In this document: piece by piece, positions 23,624 to 35,782 of the stretch
Layout: the number at the start of each line of letters is the position of its first letter
Position numbering within the stretch: position 1 is the stretch's first letter
Assembly: GCA_004431415.1 (NCBI GenBank)
Contig: QPMI01000222.1
Location: forward strand, 1 to 64,000
Reading direction: 5' to 3'
Length of the DNA stretch: 64,000 bases
Source: Cyanophora paradoxa CCMP329
Taxonomy: Eukaryota > Plantae > Glaucophyta
The notes under the pieces: model-generated
What the model saw: only the letters and a program-made list of their open reading frames with translations
Told to the model about the DNA's origin: nothing
Databases searched by the model: none
Translations under genes and position numbers: made by a program

Positions 23624-24736
23624 ACTTGCGCCGCGCTACTAGGCTAGTGCTAGTGTCTCATGATCAGGCGCCGGCTTCACTGCCAGGCTGACTATAGCAC
23701 TGTGACATGAACGGCAGCAGCAGCCGCTCAGCTGCCGCTGAGCCTGCCCGGCGGCCAGCTTGAGCTCCAGCTGCAGGCTGTCAATGATCAATATTCATGT
23801 ATCGTGCCAACGTGGCACGGCCGCGCTGGTCGACGAGCCTCCGAGGCTCGTGATATCGATCAGTCAGATCTATAGCCGCTGAGCAATCCCGTACCATAGT
23901 ACCGACTGACAATATTAATGAAAGCGCTAGCCGGCGGCGCTACGGCAGTTGCGCAAGAAAATATTAAGATTAATTCATGATTGAAGTGAAGGACGCCATG
24001 TGACCAAAATTGAAGTGAAGGACGCCCGCAGTGAGATCAGTATTTAGTGACCATGACACGCGCGCGGCATGTCGACGTCATGATCATCATCGGAGTCATG
24101 GAATCGGAAGTTCAAAACCAGCTGATCGCTAACTGAACAGGATGAACAGGATTAGAAAGCACGTTGAATATTCTACTTTGCGTGACTGCCATGGCAAGCT
24201 TTACGCCTTGTTTGGATACTACAGCTACGTATACATGAAACTCGATCTCGCCGAGTCGGAGCTCGGGGCTGTAGTACAGTGAAGTGTGCATTGCCGGCTG
24301 GGTGCGGGGCCGCCGGGGCTCCACGAAAAATCGAAGAACAGCGGGTACCGACGCAAGTGCTAATTATAAGCAGCTAGAGGCTGCAGCTGCAGCTGCGTCG
24401 ATGTCGCGGGGCATGGCCCGCCAAAATCGCCGGCGAACTGGCATCGACACTATAGCTAATGATGTATACGCGACATGAAATCTGGAAAGGGACCCCTCTA
24501 GCTAAAACTACCCATGCGCTGCTGCTAGCTATCGCACGTGTACACGTGCACGCGGCGCGCCAACGGCGGCGCCGCGTACTCTGTACCGTACCCTACCAAG
24601 ACTTGCGAGAATAAAACGGAAGAGAAGAATCTACAGCTTCGCGGGCCGCGCGGAGCACTCCCGTGCCGATCGCGAGGTTCGCCGGCTCGTCGATGCGTCG
24701 GAGCAATCACAGCCGCGCGCGGGCCCGCCCCGCCCC

Positions 24737-27700
24737 TCACCTGCGAGTGCGAGGCGAAATCAAAAATTTCCAAGGTCACGTTGGTCAGAAGGGGAAATGT
24801 AAAGGTGGGGGCGGGTGGCAATCCAGCTTCCTACAGCTTACGGTCTTCCCAACTGCTTCGATTCCTACATTACAGCTACAGACACGCGCACTTTGCGGGG
24901 GCGAGGACGATGGCAGAGTTGGCGTCCATCTCGTTAAAGAGGGAGATCTAGAAGGGAGATGCTTTATTCCTATGGATACGTCTATAAAAGAAGCTGAAGA
25001 AAGTATACACAACGATGCGTTCCTAAAGCTTCTTAAAGCTTCCGAAAGCTTCTTTTAGCGCACTTTGCGGGGGCGAGGACGATGGCCGAGTTGGCGTCCA
25101 TCTCGTAGACGGCGCGCACGGCCGGCGCCTCCGCCAGCGGCACCACCTGCGCCGCCGCGGGGGCGAGGCTCGGCACGAGGAGAAGAAAGACTTTGAGGGA
25201 TCGGGGCTAAATTTTAGGTGAGAAAGGCAGAACTAGTGGAGAGCGCTAGGCGCGCCCGCGGAGGCGGAAGCGCCCTTCTAGGGGCCGGGGCGCACGTCGT
25301 AGGGGGAGTGCATGCCGGTGTCGACGAGGCGGCGCCACTTGCCCTCCGGCAGCCGCACCTGCGGACCAGACGCGTCAGGCGGACAGCTGCAAGCCTGAGG
25401 CCTGAGGGCGTCGTGGCGGCCCCGCCACCGATCCATCTCTAGAGCCCCCTCTCCCGGGCGGGTCGGAGTCGCAGCTGCAGGGCGGCTGCAGGCCCGAGGG
25501 CGCGGCGGCGGCCCCGCCACTCTTCCACCTCGACGGCACGTGCCGCGCCCCGCGTCCAAGGCAGGCTCTCTCATCTCTGCCCTCTGATCGCCCTCTCCGG
25601 CGGGGAGGCGCCGAGCCGCGGCCCAAGCCTAAGCCCTCTCATCTCATCTCCGCCCTCAAATCCCTCTGAAAAGGCGCACGGCGATATCTAATAGAAACAT
25701 ATAATTATGAGGGCGGCACCCCATGGGCCACTTCCTCTTGTATAAATTCAATCTCTGCCCTCTACTTGCCCTCTCGCCCCCCACACGTGGCGCCCTAAGC
25801 TTAAGCCCTCTCACCCCCCGCCCTCTCATTGCCTTCTCCGCCCTCTGAAAAGGCGCACGGCGATGTCGACGTGGTCGGCGTTGAAGGCGACGTAGAGCCT
25901 GTCCCCGGAGGCCTGCGCGGGGGGTACAGCGGCGTCGGAGATCCAGAGGCCCGGCGCGGGGCGGGGCGGGGCGGGGCGGGGCGGGGCGGGCGGGGCGGGC
26001 GGGCGGGGCGGGGCGGGGCGGGGCGGGCGGGCGGGGCGGCGCGGGCGGGCGGGGCGGGGCGGGCGGGCGGGGCGGGGGGCTCAGCGCGGTCGAAGTCTAA
26101 AGTGCTGAGCGCTAAAGGTGCTAAGGGAATGGGCGTGGCGCGGCGCCTGGCGTGGCGCGGGGGCAGGCGCTAAAAGCTTTAGTATGCTGAGCGAGCTCTG
26201 TTGAGCCAAGCTTGGCTTAAGTGTGTGAGGAGGGCGCAAAGGGGCTTCAGCTTGGTCGCACGCACCTCGTCCTTCAGGGTACAAGCGAGGAACTTGGACT
26301 CGGGGCCTGCGGGGCCGGGGCGGAGCTCAGCGGGGGGCGGGGCGGGGCGGGGCGGGGCGGGGCGGGGCGGAGACGTGCGAAGTCTAGTCCAATCTAGAGA
26401 TCTCTTCGAGATGGGAAGAGCGGGGCGGAAGGCGGGGGGCGGGGCGGACCCCACTGGGGGGCGGCGGGGTCGGCCGCCCCGTGCCACGTTGCCTCCTGCA
26501 AAGAGGCCGCGTCAGAGAGGGAGGGTCGACGCAGAGATTAAAGGGGGAGGTCTAAAGGGCCGAGAAAGCAGCAACTTCTTTTTATAAAGCAAGGGCCGAG
26601 AGGTCTATAAGAGCTGTTCTTTTTGCAAGGACGCCGCGTCAGAGAGGGAGGGAGGGCCGACGCAGAAATCAGAGGAAGGGGATCTAGAGGGCCGAGCGAG
26701 GGCTGCTCTTTTTATAAAAGCAGGAGCTGGTGTCTGAGTTCGCTAAGTTATGAAGCCCTGGAACGTTCTAAGAGTCCCGAGAGACGGGACGGGGCTGGGC
26801 TGGACTGGGCGGGGTGGGGAGGGGCGGAGGCTCTCAAGGGTCACTGTAAATGCTGGGGCGGACGGGGTACGCTTAAAGCCGCTATCAAGGCCGCGGGGCG
26901 GGGCGGGGCGAGCGGGGCGGGGCGGGCCTGGAAGACCGTGTCGAGGGTGAGGACGGAGTGAGGATAGAGGGTGATAGGATAGAGGCGAGGGAATTAGATT
27001 TTGAATGCTAGGGCCGGCGGTGCGCTTTAAAGCCGCTTCAAATTCAAGGCCGACCGAAGCCCGATAGGGCGGGGCGCTTCAGAGCCGCTCCGGATCCAAT
27101 GCTAGGGCCAAGGCCCCAAGGCGGGGCGGGGCGGGCGGGCCTGGAAGAATGTGTTTAGGGTGAGGACGGGGTGCGCCCGCCGCAGCGCCAGCACGCCCCG
27201 CGCGAAGTGGTACACGTCGCTCTGAGAAGAGGAGTAAGAAGAGGTGAGGGAGAGAGGAGGGGAGAGGAGGGGAGGGGGCACCTTGGAGCCGCGGACGGCG
27301 GCGAGCTTGTCCCACAGGAACCAGTTCAGCTCGTTGTCCTGCGGGGGGTACGGAGGAGTCAGAGGCCGGAGCGAGGGAGCGGAGCGGGCGGGGCAGAGGG
27401 AGGAGGCGAGCGAGAGGAGGGCGGGCGCCTGGCTCCATGCTCTCTCTCCAAATGACCTTAAAGGTCGCTGTAGCTAGGGCTTGCGGGACGGGGCGGGGCG
27501 GGAGGAGAAGAGAGAGCGCCTGTTGCTAGCTAGCGCTAGCGCGGCCTTCTAAACTCGCGGGGCGGGAGGAGAAGGGAGGGCGGGCGCCTGTTGCTAGCGC
27601 TAGCGCGGCCCTCTATAACTTCCAAGCTTCAGCAGAGGAGAAGGGAGGGCGGGCGCCTGGTTACAGCGGCCTTTAGGTTTTTAGCGCTAGCGCGGCCCTC

Positions 27701-28788
27701 TATAACTTCCAAGCTTCAGCAGAGGAGAAGGGAGGGCGGGCGCCTGGCCCCATGCTCAATCTCTAGGCGGCCTAACGTGCTCGTTCGTTCTAAGCTTCGG
27801 AGGAGAAGGGAGGGCGGGCGTGTGCGCCTGGTTCCAGGTGTTGTTGTTGCCGGACTTGGTGTGCCCGTACTCGTCCCCCATCAGCAGCATCGGCACCCCT
27901 GCTCAGATCAGATCAGATCAGATCAGATCAGAAGACGAGGGCGGCTTAGGTCCCTTGCGGGCGTGGCGGAGGTGCTAAGAGAAGCGGTGGCGCCCCCCGT
28001 GCTCTCGCTCTCTCGCGAACGCAAAGTGCGCTAATTATAACGCCCGGGGCGACGGGGGCGACGACGTACCCCGGGAGACGGCGAGGGCAAGGAGGAGGTT
28101 CTTGATCTGCGGAAGGAGGGGGTAAGCCGAGGGGGCGGGAGCGGGAGCGGGGGCGAGGCGGGAGGCGGAGGGCGAAGGGGCGTGCCTGGCGCTCGCGGAG
28201 GGTGAGGACGCCGACGGCCTGCGAGGCGTGCACGTGCAGCAGCGCCTCCCGCGTCACCGGGCCCTGCGCGCGCCGCGAAGCGGAGGAGATAATTATGGCG
28301 CTGGCTGACGTATGGGGCTGGCAGAGGAGATAAGTGTGGCGCTGGCGGGGCTGCGGCCTGGAACTATGGCGCTGGCTATGGAGCGGAGAAGGGCGGGGGC
28401 GGGGCGGGCCCGACCTCGTAGCCGCAGTTCCAGGAGAAGTTCTGGTCGTTCCCGTCCGCGTTGTTCTCCCCGTTCATCTCGTTGTGCTGCGCCCGCGCGC
28501 GTGAGTCCGAGGCCCCGACGTTTCTAGTTTTAGAAGGCGGCCGGAGCGGCCGGGGCTGGGCCCGGGGCTGGGCTGGCTCAGAGCTTTGAAGGAACCGGAG
28601 GGGAAACCTATCGGAGAGGCGCGGCGAGAGAGCAGGGGCCCGATGGCCTGCCTTGGCGGGAAACTAGGCGGGGGAAAGGGGCCAGGCGCGGGAAAGGCGG
28701 GGGAAAGGGGGCGTGCCTTGGAGTCGTAGGAGACGAGGTCGCGGAGGGAGAAGCCGTCGTGCGCCGTCACGAAGTTCACGCTGCACGG

Positions 28789-28823
<35 letters not shown>

Positions 28824-31800
28824 CACAAGTTAGAAGGTCGAAGTTCGACTCCTAGCTTCCTTGGCGAGAGGGCGGGCGCGGCGCGGCGCGGCACCTGAAG
28901 AGGGGCGAGTCGCGGTGCGAGTGCGGCTGGAGGCGCTGCGGGGCGAGAGGCTCGGTCCGATGGGACGGGGGCCGGGAGGGAGGGGCAGGGAAGGGGGGAG
29001 GAGGGATGGGATGGGTACCTGGCCCATCTCCTGGTACTTCTTCTGGACCGAGCTGAGCTGGTACAGGTCCGAGCTGCGCCGTCCCGCTCAGATCAGATCA
29101 GATCAGATCAGATCAGATCTGATCTGATCTGAGCGTAGAGGGGCGCGCGCGCCTGCCGGCGAGGCGGGTGGCCATGGGGCCGTTGGCGCCCGTCCCTTTG
29201 ATGAAGTTGCGCACTGCGCGGGGGCGAGTGAGCGAGGTTAGCGGGTGGCTTGGAGGCGGGCGCCGCCCGGCCGGCCGGCCTCTCTCGCTGGGTCCTGAGG
29301 GGGGACGCTAGCTAGCTAGCTAGCTAGCTAGCTAGGCTAGGCTAGGCTAGGCTCTGCTGCGCACTGCGCGGGGCGCACGGGGGCGCATAAGAAGAAGCTT
29401 AAGGTCAGGAGCGAAGGCTGTAGGGCGAGACCGCCCGGACCCCCTCCCGCGGGGTCCCGGAGAAAGCGCCGGGCTCGCTAGTTAGCTAGCTAGCTAGCCC
29501 ACAGCATGTCTGTCTGTCTGTCAGGAGAGCTCTGCGGCACCCCAGCTAACCGCCAAGCTAGCTGGCTAGCTAGCTGGCTAGCACCCCCAAGTCTCGCGGA
29601 GTCCCGGAGAAAGCGCGGGTCCGGGGACGGGGCCGCACTGGTGTCGCGGTAGTGGTCGTTCCACTCGAGCCAGCGCGCCCCGTACCAGAACGTCCCCTGC
29701 GCAGGCGAGGGAGGCCAAGCGCGTTTGTTTGGGAGGGCGAGCGCAGCGTAGGAGCAGCCTTAAGAAAGGGCGCCGGGCGTCTAGGAGGGCGCTGGTCGGT
29801 CGTTTCGTCGGCCCGGCGCGTTTGTTTGTTTTGTTTGTTTGGGAGGGCGCGGGAGCGGGAAGGGACGAGCGGACGGTCTTCATGAGGCCGTCGGCGTCCC
29901 ACGGCTCCGCGATCAGCCACTTGTCCTGCAGAGAAAGAAGGAAGGATTACTTTAGGCTTAGCTTCAGAGGCGCGCGGTGAGGGACGCGGGCGGCATCCGT
30001 CAGAGGCGCCGGGAGGCGTTAGACACCCCACCCCGTCCGGCCTCGCTCGTGATAAAACGTTCGCTTCAGATAACGTCGATAACAACCCCTCTCAGTCCTA
30101 GAATCGGGCACGGATGCACGGGCGGACGGACGGACGGGCCTTCAGATCCGGGGTGGAGAACTCCTCGGTATATTAGCGAGCGTTGTTTAATATAAACCTC
30201 ATTCGTCTCACTTATATATAAGTATTCGAATATTCGCTATATTCGCTATAACCCCTCTCAGGATTGAGGATCCCGGGCCTTCAAATCCGGCGTGGAGAAC
30301 TCCGGAGAGGGAGGGAGGGAGCGTTGCTTTAATTTTAGAAGTAGTTTAGGTTTGTTTAACATACACCTCAATCGCTTAAAGCATCACTTATACTTAGGCT
30401 TCAACCAACGTCCATCCCAACCCCTCTCAGGATCACGAACCTTCAAATCCGGCGTGGAGAACTCCTCGGTGATGCGCTTCAGGACGGGGGGCTCCTCGAG
30501 GGGCCGCCCGTCGGGCCCGCGCCCGAGGATGGGCGCCAGGTCGAAGCGGAAGCCGTCCACGCCCATCTCCAGCGCCCAGTGCCTGGGGGGGAGGGGGCGG
30601 GGCGAGATGTGAGGTAGTATTTATGAGAGAGGGAGGGAGGAAGGGATGGAAGGAGACAGCAGGCGAGCTAGCTTAGAGAGGGAACGGCATTTTGAGCTGT
30701 CAACGATGGAATCTAATCTGTCGGTGTGTCTCCAGCGCCCAGTGCTTGGGACACGGCGAGAGGGAGAGAACGAGATGCGAGATATTGGAGTCTAATCCGA
30801 TGGTCTGTCTTTGGGTTCTGCGTCGCGCGGAGTCGCAGATCATGAAGGTAAACCGAAAGGAGCTAAAACTGATAAAGGTAAAGGATAGAGAAGGTGCCGG
30901 TCTCCCAGTCGGATCGGTGGCCTCCCATCTTTAGACCTCGAGCCTTTATATTATGTGGGATGGGGGAGGCTCGGGCACCGGAGGGAGTCGCTGGAGGGGA
31001 GGGGAGGGTGGAGCGAGGTGTGAGGGAGCGAGGGAAGGAGATGGTGAGGCGGGCTAGCTTATAAAATTAGAAAGAGAACGGGATTTCGAATGTCAACGTT
31101 GTTAACGTTAACGTTCTAAGGCGGTCGTACGTGAGATGGGAGGGGATCGAGAACGCACCGGAGGGAGTCGCAGATCATGTCGGCGGCGACGGGGCCGTTG
31201 CAGTTCACCGTGTTCCCGCACCCTGCGCGCCGCGGGGCGGAGTCAGGTGAGCAGCGAAGCGAGGGAGCTGGGGAGAGAGCAGCGCGCCGGTGTAGTTGCA
31301 GTGGTATCCCTCGGAAAGGATGTAGTACTGCGGGGGGGTCAGCGAGCGTTGGTGCAGCGGCGCGTCGAGCAAGTCCTTCTCTCAGCGCGGCGCTCTCGAG
31401 GGCGCGGGGCGGGGCGGGGCAACAGCGGGGACGGGGGCGGGCCTGGGAGCGGGCGAGGGTCTCGAAAGACGTCCCCGAGGCGTGGTTGTACACCTGCGCG
31501 GGAGGCCCGGCCCTCAGCTGGAGGGCAAAGCGGGGGAGGAGGGGGGGGGGCGGAGGGGCGGGGGGGGGGGGGCGCACGACGTCAAGGATGACCTGGATGC
31601 CGGCGCGGTGCAGCTCCCGCACCTGCCGCGCCCCCCCGTTCAAGAACAAGTCAGGCGCGGCGGGGGGAAAAGGGGCCTCTCAGAGAAACGGGCTCAAGTT
31701 CTTCTAAGGTAAGAAAGCGCTGAAGGGCGCGCTTAAGCGTTTGTTATACCTCAAGGGCGCTTTCTAATAAGGCCTTAAGTGATTCTAAGATAAAAAGGGC

Positions 31801-34800
31801 GCACCATCTCCTTGAACTCGCGGACGGCGTGCCCGCGCCGCGAGGCGAAGCGCGACATCGGCGCGAAGAAGTTCTCCGTGCTTCAGGAGAAGGGGCGGAA
31901 GACATCAGATCAGATCAGATCGGATCTGAGAGGATCGGACCGGCCGGCTCACCAGTAGCCCCAGTAGTTGTAGAGCTGCTGGCCCGTGACCGGGTGCACC
32001 TGCGCTCACGCAAAACACATCGTCGAGTCAGCGCGGGGCGGAAGGGCGGCGCGGCGCGGCGGCGCCCGGAGAAGAAAAAGCGCGCGCCTTGGCGCAGTCG
32101 GTCTCGTCAAACTCGAAGGTCGGGAGGAGCTCGATGGCCGTCACGCCTGCGCCGGAGAAGAATATAAGAGGCGGGGGCTCAGCGCTAGATAGACAGATAG
32201 TTAGCTAGCCAAGCTCTGGGGCGGGGCGGACCGAGGTCCTTGAGGTGGGGGATGCGCTCGATGACGCCCAGGTACGTGCCCCGCTTCGCCTCCTGAGCGA
32301 GAGAACAGACGAAAGTGAGCGAAGTTGAACGAAGAAAGTGAGCAAAGAAAGCGAGCGATGAGATATAGCGGTAGAGTTGAGGTTAGGCTCTGCCCTGTCG
32401 GGCGAGCCTGGCACGCCTAAGATTAATACCCAAGGCCGCGCACACACCTTCATGGACTCGTCGGCGGCGGTGAAGCCGCGGACGTGCATCTCGTAGATCA
32501 CCAGGTCCTTCTGAGCGATCTGAGGGCGGGCGGTTAGTTAGGAGGAGGGAGGAGGGAGGGAGGGAGGGCGGGAGGGAGGGGTTACCTTTGGGGCGGAGAC
32601 GCCCTGCCAGTCGAAGTCGCTGCCGGCGCCCTGCGCCCGTGTGTGTGTGAGAGAAAGCCGGGGAGCAGCTGGAGAGCCGCCAGAGCCGAGTAGCCGGGGA
32701 GAGCAAGTGTGAGCCCCCGCGTGCGAGAGAGCCTAGACCGCGCATGTCCGAGCCTAGCTGCAAGCTTAGCTAGCGCCCGTGAGGGAGGGCCGGGCTCGCT
32801 TCCCTAGGCCGGGAGGCTGCTTCACTCTCTAGCTAGCTATATATAGCCAAGGCAAGCCGCGCACCGCGACCTCGACGAAGTACCGCTAGAGCTGAACAAC
32901 GGGGAGAGCTGGAAGGCCTTCTTTCTTAAGCTTCTTTTATAAGCTTCTAGATCTTGATCTTTATGATCTTAATCAACTCTGTTCGTCCCGGGCGGCTGGC
33001 GCACCGCGACCTCGACGAAGCAGCGGGGGGAGGTGTACGGGTGCAGCACGGGGAGCTCCGGCGCCGCCCCCGACGCCTGCCCAGCGAACGAGTGAGAAGC
33101 AAGAAGCTAAGTTAGAGGGCTAGGGGGCGGAGGCGGGCGGGGCGGGGCGGGGGCGGGGCCGAGCGGGCCTGAGAGACGAGGCGACGAGTGCCCCAGCCCG
33201 AGGCCGGCGGCGTGTCCAGCAGCCGCGCGTACGGGTCCGGCACGGGGTACTTGAACGTCGACGGCACGTACGCGTACAGCAGCACCTGGGGTCAGGTGAG
33301 CGGGGGCGGAGATGGCTGAGGTGGCTGAGGTGGCTGAGGTGGCTCGGGCGGCCCCGCGGACCTTGCCCTTGGGAAGGGGTACGCCCTTGCAGAGGACGTG
33401 CCACGTGCCGCCGCCGGCCGCGTCCTCAGCTGCGGCGCGCGCGCAGTCAGTCAGCCGGCCAGCCGAACGGCGGCGAAGACGTAGCCTTAGATGGAAGCAC
33501 TATAGAACACACGACGACAGCGGAAGAGCAGGAAGAGCAGTCGATGGGTGATGAAACCCAGTCTGGGGAGGGCGGGGCGGGGCGGGGTAAAGCGCGCACT
33601 GAAGTGCTTCTTGGGGTCCAGGTCGATGACGTAGTCGGGGGGGCACCTGCCGACGAAAGAAAAAAGAGCGATGAGAAGGCGGGAGGAGGGGTAGGGCAGG
33701 GAAGGGGCCTGGTGCCGGGGGGGGAAGGGGGAGGGGGGTACCGGACATCGTCGTCGAGGGAGTCGGCCGAGGTGTCCTCGGCGTAGAGCAGCAGCGAGAG
33801 GCTCGAGACCCGCTCGTCCGTCCGCACCTGCGGGGGTGCGGGGTGAGGGAGGGAGGGGAGGGAGGGGCGAGATAGGGGGCGGAGGGGGCGAGAGGGGTGG
33901 GCGGCTCCGGCATGGGATTCGACAGGTGGAGCGAGTGAGGGAGAGGCGGAATGGGATGGGATGGGATGGGATAGCCGGAGGCGCGAGGGCGGAGTGATGT
34001 GGGTAGGGGCGGGATAGAGGGCGGAGGAGGCGAGAGGGGAGGTGGCGGCGTGAGGGGAGGCGGAGTGGAATGGGATGGGATGGGATAGCGTGTACGGTGG
34101 GCGTGGATAGATGGGGGTAGAGCGGCGGCATGTCCTCGGCGCGCACGCGCGGCACAGGGGTACAGCGCGCGGAGATTGGGGTACAGCGCACCGCAAAGTT
34201 GATGCCCTCGCCGCGGGGCAGCACAGAGGCCCCCAGCGGGCGCGCCGTCCCCGGCTCGATCGCCCCGATCTGAGGGGGGGGGGATTGAGGGGGGGGGGGG
34301 AATGCGAAGGGGGGATACGGGGTGCGCGCGCCTCCTTGGCGGCCTTGCGAGGCCCCTCGAGATCCAGCCCGGGTAGGATCTCGGGCGCCTCCACGGGTAC
34401 TGCGAACGCGCGGGTCGGGATATTACCGGGGGGGGGGGGGGAAAGGAGCATAGACGACCGCGTACCCTCGCCGTCGGGGGTCGTGACGACGCGAATGTTG
34501 TTCTGGTTGCCGGCCGCATCCGTCTCGTTCGGCTGCGGCGAAACCTCAACGGGGGGCTACCGCAGCCCGCAGGGGGGTACAGCCACCTGCAGAATGTCGA
34601 TGCACCACTGGCCGTCCACGACGAACTGACGGGAGGGGGTTACACGATTCACGGGATGGGGATACGTGATTCTGAGAAAGAGAGGCGTGCCTTGAAACGG
34701 TGTACGCCGGGCGGGAGGCGCATGGTGCGCTTGAAGAGGCGGGGGGTATTGGGGTCGGGGAGGAGGGGTACGCGCTCGTCCCACTGCGCCGCAAAATCTC

Positions 34801-35661
34801 TTGGTGAGCCGCACGCGCGTAGGGGCAAAGGGGCGCGGCGCGGCGCGGGGGCGGGGCGGGGGACGACGCGGCGGGGGTACCTTGACGGTCGTGAAGGTGC
34901 CGACGAGGTAGACGTTGTACCCCCCGTGGTGCCACTCGAATGTCTCGAGGACGCCGAGGCTCGGGTCTGGCCCGGCGTACGTTTCGATGGGCGGGAGCTC
35001 GATGGGCGGGGGCGGCGCGGGGGGCAGCTGCGGCGAGAACTTGGGCGAGAGCATCGGCGGCGGGAGGGAGTGGCCCGCAGGCGAAGGCTTGCCCCCGGCT
35101 GGCGCCTGGGGCCGGCCCGGGGGCGAGCCCGAAGGTCCGGTCAAGGCAACGCTCGGGGGCGACGCCACGCTGTGGGACGGCATCTGAGGCGAGCGACCGG
35201 TCGGCCCGGGCGGCACGACGGCGGCCAGGGACGGGGAGATCGAAGGGACGACTTGCTGGCGCGGCGGTGTCTGCAGCCGCTGCGCAACGGGCGCGGGCGG
35301 GGCGGCCGCTCTCCCGGCGGGCTTCAGCCGGAACTCTGCGCGCGCGCGCGGTCAATCCAACGCCCCCGACTGTGCCCATGCGCGCAGCACTCCTAGGCCC
35401 TATCGCTCCGAGTCGCCGAGTGACCGGACCACTGCGCGCGCATGGTGCGGGGCCGCGCGCGGGGCGGGGCCCAACGCGCGCAGGGATCATCGCACCGTTC
35501 TGCCCAGCGTTCGCCTTCTTGAGGCGCGCAGCCGCCAGCTGTGTGTTGATCTCCTCGGTCCACTTGTCGTACGTGGACTTGGGGATCTTGCCCATGTCGA
35601 GCATGCTCTTCAGGCTCTCCTGGCGCGCCAGGAGCTCGACCTCTACCTCGTCGATGTCCAT
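24737..35661 (-). CDS. ISA: Isoamylase-type debranching enzyme (GH13_11) with N-terminal SHOCT-like helix, Pro-rich linker and AMPKbeta-type CBM48; ~40 exons
   Basis: Spliced motifs GINFAV, DPYAR, LVIYEMHVRGFT, RGTYLG, GVTAIELLP, NYWGY, ILDVVYNH, NYTGCGNTVN, GVDGFRFDLA, LIAEPWD, EWND, NFVTAHDGFSLRDLVSY, SWNCG, GVPMLLMGDE, LYVAFN. Catalytic D/E/D intact. Confidence 0.95.
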
Positions 35662-35782
35662 TTCTCGCGCTGCTCTCTCCGGCAACCCAAGCGGCGAGTT
35701 GTGGTGGCTTTGGCGCGTACCCGTCCGACAGCTGTCAAGTCAGCAGTTCCTCCGGGCAGCGCGAAACAGCTCACCGGGCGCG

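Noticed and set aside
23981-24027. 17-bp direct repeat TTGAAGTGAAGGACGCC
   Set aside because: Only two copies ~30 bp apart; a simple local duplication with no further structure.
20912-28822. Long poly-C/poly-G tracts and (GGGGC)n runs as G-quadruplex regulatory elements
   Set aside because: Ubiquitous in these introns and homopolymer lengths are unreliable; nothing specific can be claimed from sequence alone.
24737-35661. Isoamylase as bacterial glgX contamination or recent HGT
   Set aside because: About 40 spliceosomal introns with the same splice signals as neighbouring genes.
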